The notes under the pieces were generated by a model. It worked only from the letters and a program-made list of their open reading frames with translations. It made no database searches and had not been told where the DNA came from. DNA of 64,000 nt, taken from Phoronis australis (lineage: Eukaryota; Animalia; Phoronida). A program made the translations under genes and the position numbers. This document shows, in pieces, positions 12,304 through 24,373 of the stretch (within the stretch, counting starts at the first letter, position 1; the number at the start of each line of letters is the position of its first letter). The DNA lies in the NCBI GenBank assembly GCA_002633005.1, contig NMRA01000466.1:292670-356669 (forward strand), given 5' to 3'.

Positions 12304-12917
12304 GTGAGAGTTCTTTTGGGAATGATAATATGAAATTGTGATGTTGTTTGAGGCTTAGGTTTCGTAGTAAATTTATTTTTTTTGAAAACAAACGAGACAA
12401 ATTTGGAAAGACGTCAGCTACACACTGGCCAGCTTGCAGAAACATGTTGTAAGTGTTAATTAGAGAATTTAAGTCGCATATAATACGTGTTTTGTCTAAA
12501 TTTGTAGGTAGTTAATGGGAAGTTATTGCACTCAGTAGATAATTCAGTTTCATGTAATACGCGTTTGCAATAGGTTTTTGGAAATTCAAAACTTTTGATG
12601 CTGTTAGACATTTCGAGTTTTCCCGAGATTTTTCTGAACTTTAAAAGGCATTCTATTTAGAAAACAATGTATGTTAATTAACAGGTTTGAGCAGTATTGT
12701 GCCTTGGCTCTTTTTTCGTGTTTTGACATGGTGCATGAGGTTTTGATAACAGGTGCGTTGTACGTTTTTGCACCTTGTATGAGTGAAATACTTTGTTATA
12801 ATCTTGATGAAAGTCTGTGAATATTACAATATTTTTTCTGTTCTGTTCTGTTCTGTTCTGTTTGTCTGCGGCGTGCTTTCTGACTCGTTTTCTACTGTAA
12901 ATTATTGATAATTTCAG

Positions 12918-13037
12918 ATATCGACGAATGTTCCATCGACAGTACATGTTCTGCTAACGCCGTATGCAGTAACAGTGACGGCAGTTTTACTTGTGCCTGT
13001 TTAAGTGGTTACTCAGGAAACGGGACAAGTTGTGACG
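12918..13037 (+). CDS. cbEGF exon, type A (NAVC)
   Basis: AG/GT, 120 nt. Confidence 0.92.
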
Positions 13038-13657
13038 GTGAGAGTTCTTCTGGAAATGATAATATGAAATTGTGATGTTGTTTGAGACTTAGGTTTCGTA
13101 GTAAATTGATTTTTTTTGAAAACAAACCAGGCAAATTTGGAAAGACGTCAGCTACACACTGGCCAGCTTGCAGAAGCATGTTGTAAGTGTTAATTAGAGA
13201 TTTTAAGTCTCATATAATAAGTGTTCTGTCTAAATTTTTAGGTAGTTAATGGGAAGTTATTGCACTCAGTAGATAATTCGCTCTCATGTAATACGCGTTT
13301 GCAATAGGTTTTCAGAAATTCAAAAGTTTTGGTGATGTAAGACATTTCGAACTTTCCCGAGATTTTTCTGAACTTTTAAAGGCATTCTAATTAGAAAACA
13401 ATGTATGTTAATTAACAGGTTTGAGCAGTATTGTGCCTTGGCTCTTTTTTCGTGTTTTGACATGGTGCATGAGGTTTTGATAACAGGTGCGTTGTACGTT
13501 TTTGCACCTTGTATGAGTGAAATACTTTGTTGTAATCTTGATGAAAGTCTGCGAAAATTTCAATTTTCTTTTATGTTTTCTTCTGTTCTGGTCTGTTCTG
13601 TTTGTCTGCGGCGTGCTTTCTGACTCGTTTTCTACTGTAAATTATTGATAATTTCAG

Positions 13658-13777
13658 ATATCGACGAATGTTCCATCGACAGTACATGTTCTGCTAACGC
13701 CATATGTAGTAACAGCGACGGCAGTTTTACTTGTGCCTGTTTAAGTGGTTACTCAGGAAACGGGACAAGTTGTGACG
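13658..13777 (+). CDS. cbEGF exon, type A
   Basis: AG/GT, 120 nt. Confidence 0.92.
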
Positions 13778-14424
13778 GTGAGAGTTCGTTTGGAAATGAT
13801 AATATGAAATTGTGATGTTGTATGAGGCTTAGGTTTCGTAGTAAATTGATTTTTTTTGAAAACAAACAAGGCAAATTTGGAAAGACGTCAGCTACACACT
13901 GGCCAGCTTGCAGAAGCATGTTGTAAGTGTTAATTAGAGATTTTAAGTCGCATATAATACGTGTTTTGTCTAAATTTGTCGGTAGTTAATGGGAAGTTAT
14001 TGCACTCAGTAGATAATTCATTTTCATGTAATACGCGTTTGCAACAGGTTTTCGGAAATTCAAAAATTTTGATGCTGTTAGACATTTCGAGTTTTCCCGA
14101 GATTTTTCTGAACTTTAAAAGTCATTCTATTTAGAAAACAATGTATGTTAATTAACAGGTTTGAGCAGTTTTGTGCCTTGACTCTTTTTTCGTGTTTTGA
14201 CATGGTGCATGAGGTTTTGATAACAGTTGCGTTGAACGTTTTTGCACCTTGTATGAGNTAATAGTTGCGTTGTACGTTTTTGCACCTTGTATGAGTGAAA
14301 TAATTTGTTGAAAACTTGATGAAAGTCTGTGAAAATCTCAATAATCTTTTTGTTCTGTTCTGTTCTGTATTTCTGCGGCGTGCTTACTGACTCGTTTTCT
14401 ACTGTAAATTATTGATAATTTCAG

Positions 14425-14544
14425 ATATCGACGAGTGTTCCATCGACAGTACATGTTCTGCTAACGCCCTATGTAGTAACAGTGGCGGCAGTTTTACTTG
14501 TACCTGTTTAAGTGGTTACTCAGGAAACGGGACAAGTTGTGACG
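14425..14544 (+). CDS. cbEGF exon, type A (NALC)
   Basis: AG/GT, 120 nt. Confidence 0.92.
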
Positions 14545-14754
14545 GTGAGAGTTCTTTTGGAAATGATAAAATGAATTTGTGATGTTGTTTGAGGCTTAGG
14601 TTTCGTAGTAAAATGCTGTTTATTTGAAATCAAACCAGACAAATTTGGGAAGACGTCAGCTACACACTGGCCAGCTTGCTGAAGCATGTTGTAAGTGTTA
14701 TTAAGAGATTTTAAGTCGTATAATAAGTGTTTTGTCTAAATTTGTAGGTAGTTA

Positions 14755-15255
14755 TTGGGGACAAATAAAACAACAAGAATAATGTATATTTAAGTTGTAC
14801 TGGGAATTTCAGGGTCACAGCTCTACAAATAAATATTTCACAGAAGGAACCAGATGGGTTCCTTAATTACAAGAGATAACACACACATTTCCGATACCCA
14901 AAATACAATTTGAGTATCGGATGCTAAGTGGCACAGGTTAGCATAGTACCAAATGGGTACATAATACCATATGGGTATTGGACGATTGCCTACCAATTGG
15001 GTCGAGCAAAACGGCAAATTCAATAACAAGTACCAAGTGGGTACAAACTGCCAAATGGGCAAATATCATATAAAGTACCAAGTGGGTACACCAAACAGCC
15101 AACTGGGCTATAACAACCTGCAAAGCAGGGTTCCAGACAAGCTGAGTGAGCAGACCAGCCGGAGTGATAAAAAGAGATATTGTAAGGAACGTGGTGTTGT
15201 GGCTCAGTATGTGACACATGGGCAGGGTTGTTCAAGGATGAACAATCCTGTCCAC
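14755..15255. mobile_element. 501-bp hairpin-rich insertion, copy 2, TA target duplication
   Basis: Empty paralogous introns read gtagtTAatgggaag; here gtagtTA-[501 bp]-TAatgggaag. Confidence 0.85.
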
Positions 15256-15660
15256 TAATGGGAAGTTATTGCAATCAGTAGATAATTCATTTTCATGTAA
15301 TACGCGTTTGCAATAGGTTTTCGGAAATTCAAAAATTTTGATGCTGTAAGACATTTCGAATTTTCCCGAGATTTTTTTGAACTTAAAATGGAATTCTATT
15401 TAAAAAACAATGTATGTTAATTAACAGGTTTGAGCAGTTTTGTGCCTTGACTCTTTTTTCGTGTTTTGACATGGTGCATGAGGTTTTGATAACAGGTGCG
15501 TTGTACGTTTTTGCACCTTGTATGAGTGAAATACTTTGTTGTAATCTTGATGAGAGTCTGTGAAAATTTCAATAATCTTTCTGTTCTGTTCTGTTCCGTT
15601 CTGTTTGTATGCGGCGTGCATACTGACATGTTTTCTTCTGTAAATTATTGATAATTTCAG

Positions 15661-15780
15661 ATATCGACGAATGTTCCATCGACAGTACATGTTCTGCTAA
15701 CGCCATATGTAGTAACAGTGACGGCAGTTTTACTTGTACCTGTTTAAGTGGTTACTCAGGAAACGGGACAAGTTGTGACG
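15661..15780 (+). CDS. cbEGF exon, type A
   Basis: AG/GT, 120 nt. Confidence 0.92.
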
Positions 15781-16608
15781 GTGAGAGTTCTTTTGGAAAT
15801 GATAAAATGAATTTGTGATGTTGTTTGAGGCTTAGGTTTCGTAGTGAAATGTTGTTTATTTGAAAAGAAACGAGACAAATTTGGAAAGACGTCGGCTGCA
15901 CATGGTCAAATTGCAGAAGCATGTTGTAAATGTTAATTAGAGATTTTAAGTCGCATATAATAAGTGTTCTGTCTAAATTTGTCGGTAGTTAATGGGAAGT
16001 TATTGCACTCCGTAGATAATTCATTTTCATGTAATACGCGTTTGCAATAGGTTGTCGGAAATTCAAAAATTGTGATGCTGTAAGACATTTCGAATTTCTC
16101 CGAGATTTTTCTGAACTTTAAAAGGCATTCTAATTAAAAACAATGTATGTTCATTAACAGGTAAGAGCAGTTTTGTGCCTTGAATCTTTTTTCGTGTTTT
16201 GACATGGTGCATGAGGTTTTTATAACTGTTGCGTTGTACGTTTTTGAATGAGTTGGATCGTTGATGGTTGACAATTTGATATCATATGCGCGTGTAATAT
16301 TGACGATGCCCCCTTATTTCGTACCTGCATCAACAAATTTCTGCTATTAATTGTAATTTCAAGATCACATGTCTTTGGCAATTTGCCAATGTGCATGTGT
16401 ATACACCATACTCAGTACTGTTTGCGTCAGGTTTTTCACTTCGCCATTCAGGCTACTCCCTCGAAAACTAAGACTTCGAAATCGCTAGCATTTTTGAAGT
16501 AAAGAGAGTTACATGTATGTCAAAAACATTTTAATAAAGCTGTCATATCCAACACTTCTAAATGTTTCGCATTTGCGTCGGGCTAGCACTCACCTTACTT
16601 GTTTTCAG

Positions 16609-16731
16609 ATATTAATGAGTGTGAAAGTGGCCAAGATACGTGCCATTCCAACGCTACGTGTTTTAACACCGTCGGCGGCTTCAACTGTACTTGTAAAACA
16701 GGTTTCTTTGGAAACGGAGTGAATTGTTACG
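16609..16731 (+). CDS. cbEGF exon, type B
   Basis: DINECESGQDTCHSNATCFNTVGGFNCTCKTGFFGNGVNCY. Confidence 0.92.
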
Positions 16732-17459
16732 GTAGAGTATTTCTGTAGCATTATGTATGTTAAGGGATAACAAGTACACTGCATATGTGCTCATTTTTCA
16801 TCGACTAAGATGTGAAATTATTACTCTCTTGGTGATGTGTCAAAATCTTAAGATCAACCGATCATGTTAGATTCGTTAAATAGCGATGGCTGAGATTGGA
16901 AATAAAGGTCAAGGATCCTTCTGATTGATGTATTAAAATGACACTACGACGCATTTTTGTGAGTTTTCCCACAACTGCTTCCATCCCATTACATTTGGTA
17001 ATTGCCACTCCCCTGAAAACATAAAAACAATGTTGAGCTCAAACACAGTGGTCACTATGCCTTAAAGTAGAATCGGTATTGTAGGCTTCAAAGCCAATGG
17101 CAGGCTATGATATCGTAGGGGCGTGTTGATTATATTACATGTTACAGGCGTTAGTTTCAGTGTCTAAAAAGCCTAGTGGTTAAGACAAGTCTAGACTATT
17201 TATTGTCACCAAATTAAATTCTGAAAAAGGTATAGGACAAATAGGTTAATGAGACAGAGCAATTCGGTCCTTTAAAAGAATATTTTGTTGTGCATGCTCT
17301 GCGTGATACAGCCTTAAATGTTTTTTTTCCGACGCGTAGATGCTCCTGCATTAATTTTCAGAAAGAGCTCAGTGAGAATTGATCAAGGGCTTACGAGTGT
17401 ATACGTGTTCTAGAGTGTCCTCAAGGTTGATATCAATTTTCTCTGAAACCTATTTTCAG

Positions 17460-17582
17460 ACATTCACGAGTGCAATAATGGTAGCCACAATTGCCACCGT
17501 AATGCTACCTGTGAGAATGATATCGGCACATTCTTATGTATTTGCGTTGAAGGTTACACAGGAAACGGTGTCAACTGCACTG
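17460..17582 (+). CDS. cbEGF exon, type C
   Basis: Same peptide as 10449-10571; AG/GT. Confidence 0.92.
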
Positions 17583-18459
17583 GTAAGGCGACCACCGAAG
17601 TCGATAAGATACGCACCTTATTTCAATTTCCCGTAACACCGTCCAGGGACAGTATTTGTTAACATGTGTCTGAAGAAGTTTTTGGCAAGCTATTACTCAG
17701 TGGCTGTCACTGAATGTTGTTTTTGTATGTTTATTTTGACGTTGTTATCTGTATGTCTGTGTAAGTACTTTGTAAGCAGAAATCATCAAGCAGTTGTTCC
17801 GTATGCTCATGACATTGGTTATTGTTTAAAAATTTTATTTTTAACATCAATTGTTGGATAATCTGTCCCATTATATCTGTCGTAATTTCTTAATAACTGC
17901 CTTTCTGCTGCGCAGTGCAATGTAGGTGTGGACGCATGAATTGTGTTGTGCTCCTAAATATGAATAATTATTATCCATTAGGAATTAATGTGGAAGTGCC
18001 TTTATCACTGAAACCTTTGTTCTGATTTGCCTCAAAATTGTAACAGGTGTACATGTAAGTATACTTTACGACATAGATCCCCTTTGTATCCATGCTTTCT
18101 GGATTCATGCCGTTGCTTTGATAGAAAATGACTACCCTTCTCGTAATCGCGCAAGTGTCAGTTATATCATTTTTATTTACTAATTTTGCCATTGTGTCCA
18201 AGCGATTTTGATATTAATGAATTTTAGTACAGAAGAGCTACAGTTCCAAGTAAGTTTAAGACCACTTTGAAAATTACTATCGATTTCAGTCATGCGATTA
18301 ATTTAAGCAAAATAGTGGTGTAAAATTAGCACTCTGTACGAGTGAAATCTTTTCTTGAAATCTTTACTGAAGTCTGTGAAAATTTCAACGTTCTTTCTGT
18401 GCTTTTTCTCTACGGCGTGCCTATTGAGTCCTTTTCTACTGTAAATTACTTAATTTCAG

Positions 18460-18579
18460 ATATTGACGAGTGTTCCATCGACAGTACATGTTCTGCTAAC
18501 GCCAAATGTAGTAACAGAGACGGTAGTTTTACTTGTACCTGTTTAAGTGGTTACTCAGGAAACGGGACAAGTTGTGAGG
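18460..18579 (+). CDS. cbEGF exon, type A (NAKC)
   Basis: DIDECSIDSTCSANAKCSNRDGSFTCTCLSGYSGNGTSCE. Confidence 0.92.
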
Positions 18580-19370
18580 GTGAGAGTTCTTTCGGAAATG
18601 ATAAAAGGAATTAGTGATGTTGTTTGAGGCTTAGGCTTCGTAGTGAAATGCTGTTAATTTGAAAACAAACGAGACAAATTTGGAAAGACGTCAGCTACAC
18701 ACTGGTCAAATTGCAGAAGCTTGTTGTAAGTTTTAAGTAGAGATTTCATGTCGCATATAATAAGTGTTCTGTCTAAATTTTTAGGTAGTTAATCGGAAGT
18801 TATTGCACTCAGTAGATAATTCATTTTCATGTAATACGCTTTTGCAATAGGTTTTCAGAAATTCAAAAGTTTTGGTGATGTAAGACATTTCGAATTTTCC
18901 CGAGATTTTTCTGAACTTTTAAAGGCATTCTAATTAGAAAACAATGTATGTTAATTAACAGGTTTNTAGTTAATGGGAAGTTATTGCACTCAGTAGATAA
19001 TTCGCTCTCATGTAATACGCGTTTGCAATAGGTTTTCAGAAACTCAAAAGTTTTGGTGATGTAAGACATTTCGAATTTTCCCTAGATTTTTCTGAATTTT
19101 TAAAGGCATTCTAATTAGAAAACAATGTATGTTAATTAACAGGTTTGAGCAGTATTGTGCCTTGGCTCTTTTTTCGTGTTTTGACATGGTGCATGAGGTT
19201 TAGATAACAGGTGCGTTGTACGTTTTTGCACCTTGTATGAGTGAAATACTTTGTTGTAATCTTGATTAAAGTCTGTGAAAATTTCAATATTCTTTCTGTT
19301 CTGTTCTGTTCTGTTTGTCTGCGGCGTGCTTTCTGACTCGTTTTCTACTGTAAATTATTGATAATTTCAG

Positions 19371-19490
19371 ATATCGACGAATGTTCCATCGACAGTACAT
19401 GTTCTGCTAAGGCCGTATGTAGTAACAGTGACGGCAGTTTTACTTGTGCCTGTTTAAGTGGTTACTCAGGAAACGGGACAAGTTGTGACG
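19371..19490 (+). CDS. cbEGF exon, type A (KAVC)
   Basis: AG/GT, 120 nt. Confidence 0.9.
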
Positions 19491-20114
19491 GTGAGAGTTC
19501 TTTTGGAAATGATAATATGAAATTGTGATGTTGTATGAGGCTTCGGTTTCGTAGTAAATTGATTTTTTTTTGAAAACAAACCAGGCAAATTCTGAAAGAC
19601 GTCAGCTACACACTGGCCAGCTTGCAGAAGCATGTTGTAAGTGTTAATTAGAGAATTTAAGTCACATATAATACGTGTTTTGTCTAAATTTGTAGGTAGT
19701 TAATGGGAATTTATTGCACTCAGTAGAGTAGATAATTCAGTTTCATGTAATACGCGTTTGCAATAGTTTTCGGAAATTCAAAAATTTTGATGTTGTTAGA
19801 CATTTCGAGTTTTCCCGAGATTTTTCTGAACTTTAAAAGGCATTCTATTTAGAAAACGATGTATGTCAATTAACAGGTTTGAGCAGTTTTGTGCCTTGAC
19901 TCTTTTTTCGTGTTTTGACATGGTGCATGAGGTTTTGATAACAGTTGCGTTGAACGTTTTTACACCTTGTATGAGTGAAATACTTTGTTGTAATCTTTAT
20001 GAAAGTCTTTGAAAATTTCAATATTCTTTCTGTTCTGTTCTGTTCTGTTCTGTTCTGTTTGTCTGCGGCGTGCTTTCTGACTCGTTTTCTACTGTAAATT
20101 ATTGATAATTTCGG

Positions 20115-20234
20115 ATATCGACGTATGTTCCATCGACAGTACATGTTCTGCTAACGCCGTATGTAGTAACAGTTACGGCAGTTTTACTTGTACCTGTTTA
20201 ACTGGTTACTCAGGAAACGGGACAAGTTGTGACG
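20115..20234 (+). pseudogene. Type A EGF pseudo-exon
   Basis: Acceptor mutated (tttcGG); Ca-binding Glu changed to Val (DIDVC); also Asp to Tyr. Confidence 0.8.
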
Positions 20235-20486
20235 GTGAGAGTTCTTTTGGAAATGATAAAATGAATTTGTGATGTTGTTTGAGGCTTAGGTTTCGTAGTG
20301 AAATGATGTTAATTTGAAAAGAAACAAGTTAGAGAAATTTGGAAAGACATCAGCTACACACTGGCCAGCTTGCAGAAGCATGTTGTAAGTGTTAATAAGA
20401 GAATTTAATTCGCATATAATACGTGTTTTGTCTAAATTTGTAGGTAGTTAATGGGAATTTATTGCACTCAGTAGATAATTCAGTTA

Positions 20487-20826
20487 ACTACACCATCCAC
20501 TAATGCTACAACTGGATCAACCACCACACGTGCACCAACTACAACACCTAGTCCTACGACTACACCATCCACTAATGCTACAACTGAATCAACCACCACC
20601 CGTGCACCAACAACAACACCTCTACCTACGACTACACCAACAGTGTCTGCGTCAACAACAAGCCAACCATCCACGACATCTGTACCATCTACAAGTCAGT
20701 CAACAGTGTCTACTTCAACCACAAGCCAGCCATCAACGACATCTGTACCATCTACACCTTCTTCATCGGTGCCAAGTTCAACAATTGTCACCTCTTCAAC
20801 GAAGCATCCTACCACGACAATGCTGA
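20487..20826 (+). CDS. Thr/Ser/Pro-rich mucin-like exon, 5' end missing or fused
   Basis: TTPSTNATTGSTTTRAPTTTPSPT x2 (72 nt) and TVSxSTTSQPSTTSVPST x2; phase-1 donor a|gtaagt; no in-phase acceptor. Confidence 0.75.
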
Positions 20827-20977
20827 GTAAGTGCAAGTGATTTGAGCAAAACAACATTTGATTTGTGTCTGGATGTCAATGTTACAGTAACTGTAACTTT
20901 TTATGACAACTTGGTCATGTTAATGAAAAAACTCGATCTTTTTTAATTGTTTTTCCAATAGGAGTTTCCTTGGGTGA

Positions 20978-21200
20978 GTCAGTGTGGCCTATTGGGATAG
21001 GTGTCCACTTCCTTTACTCAAGATGGTGGTTTCGAGTCCCCCCTGGGGCACACTGGAAGACCTTTGAGTCAAGTCTCTAGCTCCTCAGCTCGGTTTTAAC
21101 TAATATATACTTATAAAGCATATCGTTCCACGTGATCACTTCAGTGGACCTACGGCTACGTAAGTGGTCTGTGCTTGCCTGGTTCCTGTACCAGACTGCC
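20978..21200 (+). mobile_element. tRNA-derived SINE-like remnant
   Basis: A-box-like TGGCCTATTGGGATAGG and B-box-like GTTTCGAGTCC; 3' extent uncertain. Confidence 0.5.
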
Positions 21201-21416
21201 TACAATTGATATTTCATGCTTTTTGTTCAGTAGCGTCTAGTCATGTTACAATTGGCAAGGTAGAGCTGAGTTTTATGTTTTGACATGCACCTTCCAGTTT
21301 TTATCAATTTTTGAAAATGGAAAAATTGTAAATTTGCAATATGTGACTGATTAAAGGCCGCAGAGTCACAGGGGTAATTCTGGTAGATAGATAATGTTTT
21401 ACTTGTTTTTCTACAG

Positions 21417-21476
21417 CTAATGCAACCACCCTATCGAGTACAGCGACACCAACTACTACAGTTGCTTATCAAAATC
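21417..21476 (+). CDS. 60-nt Thr-rich exon
   Basis: ttctacag|..|gtaagt, phase 1-1; TNATTLSSTATPTTTVAYQN. Confidence 0.8.
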
Positions 21477-21884
21477 GTAAGTCCCAGTGTAAAATCTCAA
21501 TTCCATTTTACAAAATTGTAAAATTCTAAATTGTTTGGTTACAAGGCATGGTATGTAATGCTCTGTGCTTGTTCTTCACTATTGAAAATATGCGTTTTAA
21601 TTGTAACTCTGTTCTCATGACATTTATTTCACTCTGTCATTGCATCTCTGAAAAATGTCACTTATTGCTGGTTCAGTTTGACTTGAGTTCATTAATCTGT
21701 TCATATTACCTCACACACCAGACTCATTTCCATGAGTTTGGAAGTGAAGTTAGGTTTTTTCTTTGATTGTATGTAGCGATTTCATGTTCAGTAATTTCGC
21801 TCGCTTGCTTTATTTGTTGCGTTTTATGGAAAGAATTCATGGATAACTGCAGCTGCTGCTGGTGAACCTGTGTGTTTCTTTCAG

Positions 21885-22168
21885 CTGTTTGTACGGATGA
21901 ACTACTGGTACATCCTGACCTCATTAAAAATATCACGGGTGTTAACGCTGTTACCTCTGTGACGGCGGAGTCCATTCAACCTGGAGTGGGACAGCCAGGA
22001 TACACTCCAAATAATAACGGCGAAGGTAACGAACTCTTCATAGAGTTTGAAAAAGAAGTCATAGTGGGAGGGTTCAACATACATCAAAAGAAAATGACAA
22101 GATTCTTTATCATGTTTGGTGATCAATATGGTGAACAGCGTCCATATCAGGAAGATGGCGAGACAAGG
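21885..22168 (+). CDS. Exon for the N-terminal half of a divergent discoidin/F5/8C-like domain
   Basis: VCTDELLVHPDLIKNITG..PGYTPNNNGEGNELFIEFEKEVIVGGFNIHQKKMTRFFIMFG..; ctttcag|, |gtaagg (phase 1 to 0). Confidence 0.75.
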
Positions 22169-22277
22169 GTAAGGTTTAGTGCTTGGGATCATCTCTTATA
22201 AGTTGGCTTGTCAGAGCTAAGCCCAGTCATTACTTTGTGAGTATAGAACAAGTTCGAACCTGTCTTTGAAAGTTACA

Positions 22278-22430
22278 GCCTCCCGTTCAGTAATGCTAGG
22301 ACCTCGCTAAAAAGCAAGACTTCGCGAGATTACGTGAGATATTACCGTGCATTTTAAATAAAAACACTTGACTTTGACTACGTTTTAGCTAGGTCCTAGC
22401 GTAGGTCCTAGCGTCTACTGAACGCACGCC
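22278..22430. mobile_element. Short MITE, Harbinger-like
   Basis: Inverted ends CGTTCAGTA..GCTAGGACCT / AGGTCCTAGC..TACTGAACG; CAG near both flanks. Confidence 0.6.
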
Positions 22431-23185
22431 AGGTCTACATCATTAGCTAATCTTTTTGACATGTGGCTGTTTAATAGTGGCATTAATATATTTCAGTGGG
22501 CAGTCAAGGGTTACATACAATTTACACAACTATTCATTTTTACCTCCCAGTCCCTGATTTAAGTATTAGAAATAAAATTTGCTGGAAACCCGTTGCAGTG
22601 TCTTAAAGTTGTTTTTTCACTTACTTGTTTGAATGATTAAAATAACAAAAGTCTGTAGTAAAAAGTGTCATGTAATACTGAGCAGTGAACAATATAAACT
22701 GAATCATGCCAAAGTGGTGATTTCCAGTAATTAGTCACGAACACTGTATGTTAAAATCAGCTGAAACAACTCCTGGGTTACTCTTTTATGTGGCAATCGA
22801 GGAATTGAAAGGTACATGGTGCACTAACTGGTCTTATTGTTTACAGTAACTGGTCTGTTGTTTTTCAACAATATACATCGTCTTAAAGCACTTCATTTAG
22901 AGGGGGATCAACAAAAAGGGGGCGAGGGGTCGGGGCTTCAGGCTTCACACACACANGGTTTGTGCAGTTTTGTGCCTTGAATCTTTTTTCGTGTTTTGAT
23001 ATGGTGCATGAGGTTTTGATAACAGTTGCGTTTTACGTTTTTGCACCTTGTATGAGTGAAATAGTTTGTTGAAAACTTGATGAAAGTCTGTGAAAATTTC
23101 AATAATCTTTTTGTTCTGTTCTGTTCTGTTTGTCTGCGGCGTGCTTTCTGACTCGTTTTCTACTGTAAATTAATGATAATTTCAG

Positions 23186-23305
23186 ATATCGACGAATGTT
23201 CCATCGACAGTACATGTTCTGCTAACGCCATATGTAGTAACAGTGACGGCAGTTTTACTTGTGCCTGTTTAACTGGTTACTCAGGAAACGGGACAAGTTG
23301 TGACG
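23186..23305 (+). CDS. cbEGF exon, type A
   Basis: AG/GT, 120 nt. Confidence 0.9.
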
Positions 23306-23876
23306 GTGAGAGTTCTTTTGGAAATGATAAAATGGATTTGTGATGTTGTTTGTGGCTTAGGTTTCCTAGTGAAATGATGTTAATTTGAAAAGAAACGAGA
23401 CAAATTTGGAAAGACGTCAGCTACACATGGTCAAATTGCAGAAGCACGTTGTAAGTGTTACTTAGAGATTTTAAGTCGCATATAATAAGTGTTCTGTCTA
23501 AATTTGTCGGTAGTTAGTGGGAAGTTATTGCACTCAGTAGATAATTCATTTTCATGTAATACGCGTTTGCAATAGGTTGTCGGAAATTCAAAAATTGTGA
23601 TGCTGTAAGACGTTTCGAATTTTCCCGATATTTTTCTGAACTTTAAAAAGCATTCTAATTAGAAAACAATGTTTGTTAATTAACAGGTTTGTGCAGTTTT
23701 GTGCCTTGAATCTTTTTTCGTGTTTTGATATGGTGCATGAGGTTTTAATAACAGTTGCGTTGTACGTTTTTAATGAGTCGGATCGTCGATGGTTGACAAT
23801 TTGATATCATGTCGCGTGTAATATTGACGATGCCCCCTTATTTCGTACTTGCATCAAGAAATTCCATCTATTAAGT

Positions 23877-23997
23877 AACGTAGAAAATATATATCTGAAA
23901 CTAAATAAGGCGATCCAGATCCTTCCAAGGATACTATTGTTTGAAGAAATGAAGAATATAAATCGGTAAATAAAACAACAAGAGTGGATCAACTGAA
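23877..23997 (+). mobile_element. 121-bp insertion with 7-bp TSD (likely 5'-truncated retroelement tail)
   Basis: ATTAAGT duplicated, absent from paralogous introns at about 9337 and 16347; its 3' end recurs at about 53070-53108. Confidence 0.75.
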
Positions 23998-24267
23998 ATT
24001 AAGTGTAATTTCAAGATCATATGTCTTTGGCAATATGCGTGATACGTATGTGCATGTGTATACACCATACTCAGTACACTGTGCGTCAGAGTTTTCACTT
24101 CGCCATTCAGGTTACTACCATGAAAACTAAGACTTCGAAATCGCTAGCATTTTTTAAGTAAATCAAGTTCAATGATTGTCAGAAATGGCTTATGAAAACT
24201 TTCATATCCAACACATTTAAACGTGTTGCCTTTTTGTGGTGCTAGCACTCACCATACTTGATTTCAG

Positions 24268-24373
24268 ATATTACTGAGAGTGAGAGTGGCCCAAGACACG
24301 TGCTATTCCAACGCTACGTGTTTTAACACTGTCGGCGGCTTCAACTGTGCTTGTGAAGCAGGTTTCTTTGGAA
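24268..24373 (+). pseudogene. Type B EGF pseudo-exon
   Basis: Cys1 to Ser (DITES), +1 frameshift (ggcccaa), 3' end and donor lost. Confidence 0.85.

Noticed and set aside
14756-15254. Solo LTR (TG..CA ends)
   Set aside because: No matching 4-6-bp TSD, and no PBS or PPT beside the long copy; a TA duplication fits the empty site better
14210-19145. Short local duplications at N14258 and N18966 (also N45797)
   Set aside because: Each flanks a single N, so they are treated as scaffolding overlaps
1579-23305. Regularly spaced conserved repeats resembling a CRISPR array
   Set aside because: Repeats are 120-nt spliceable exons and the spacers are near-identical introns; no cas genes; eukaryotic DNA
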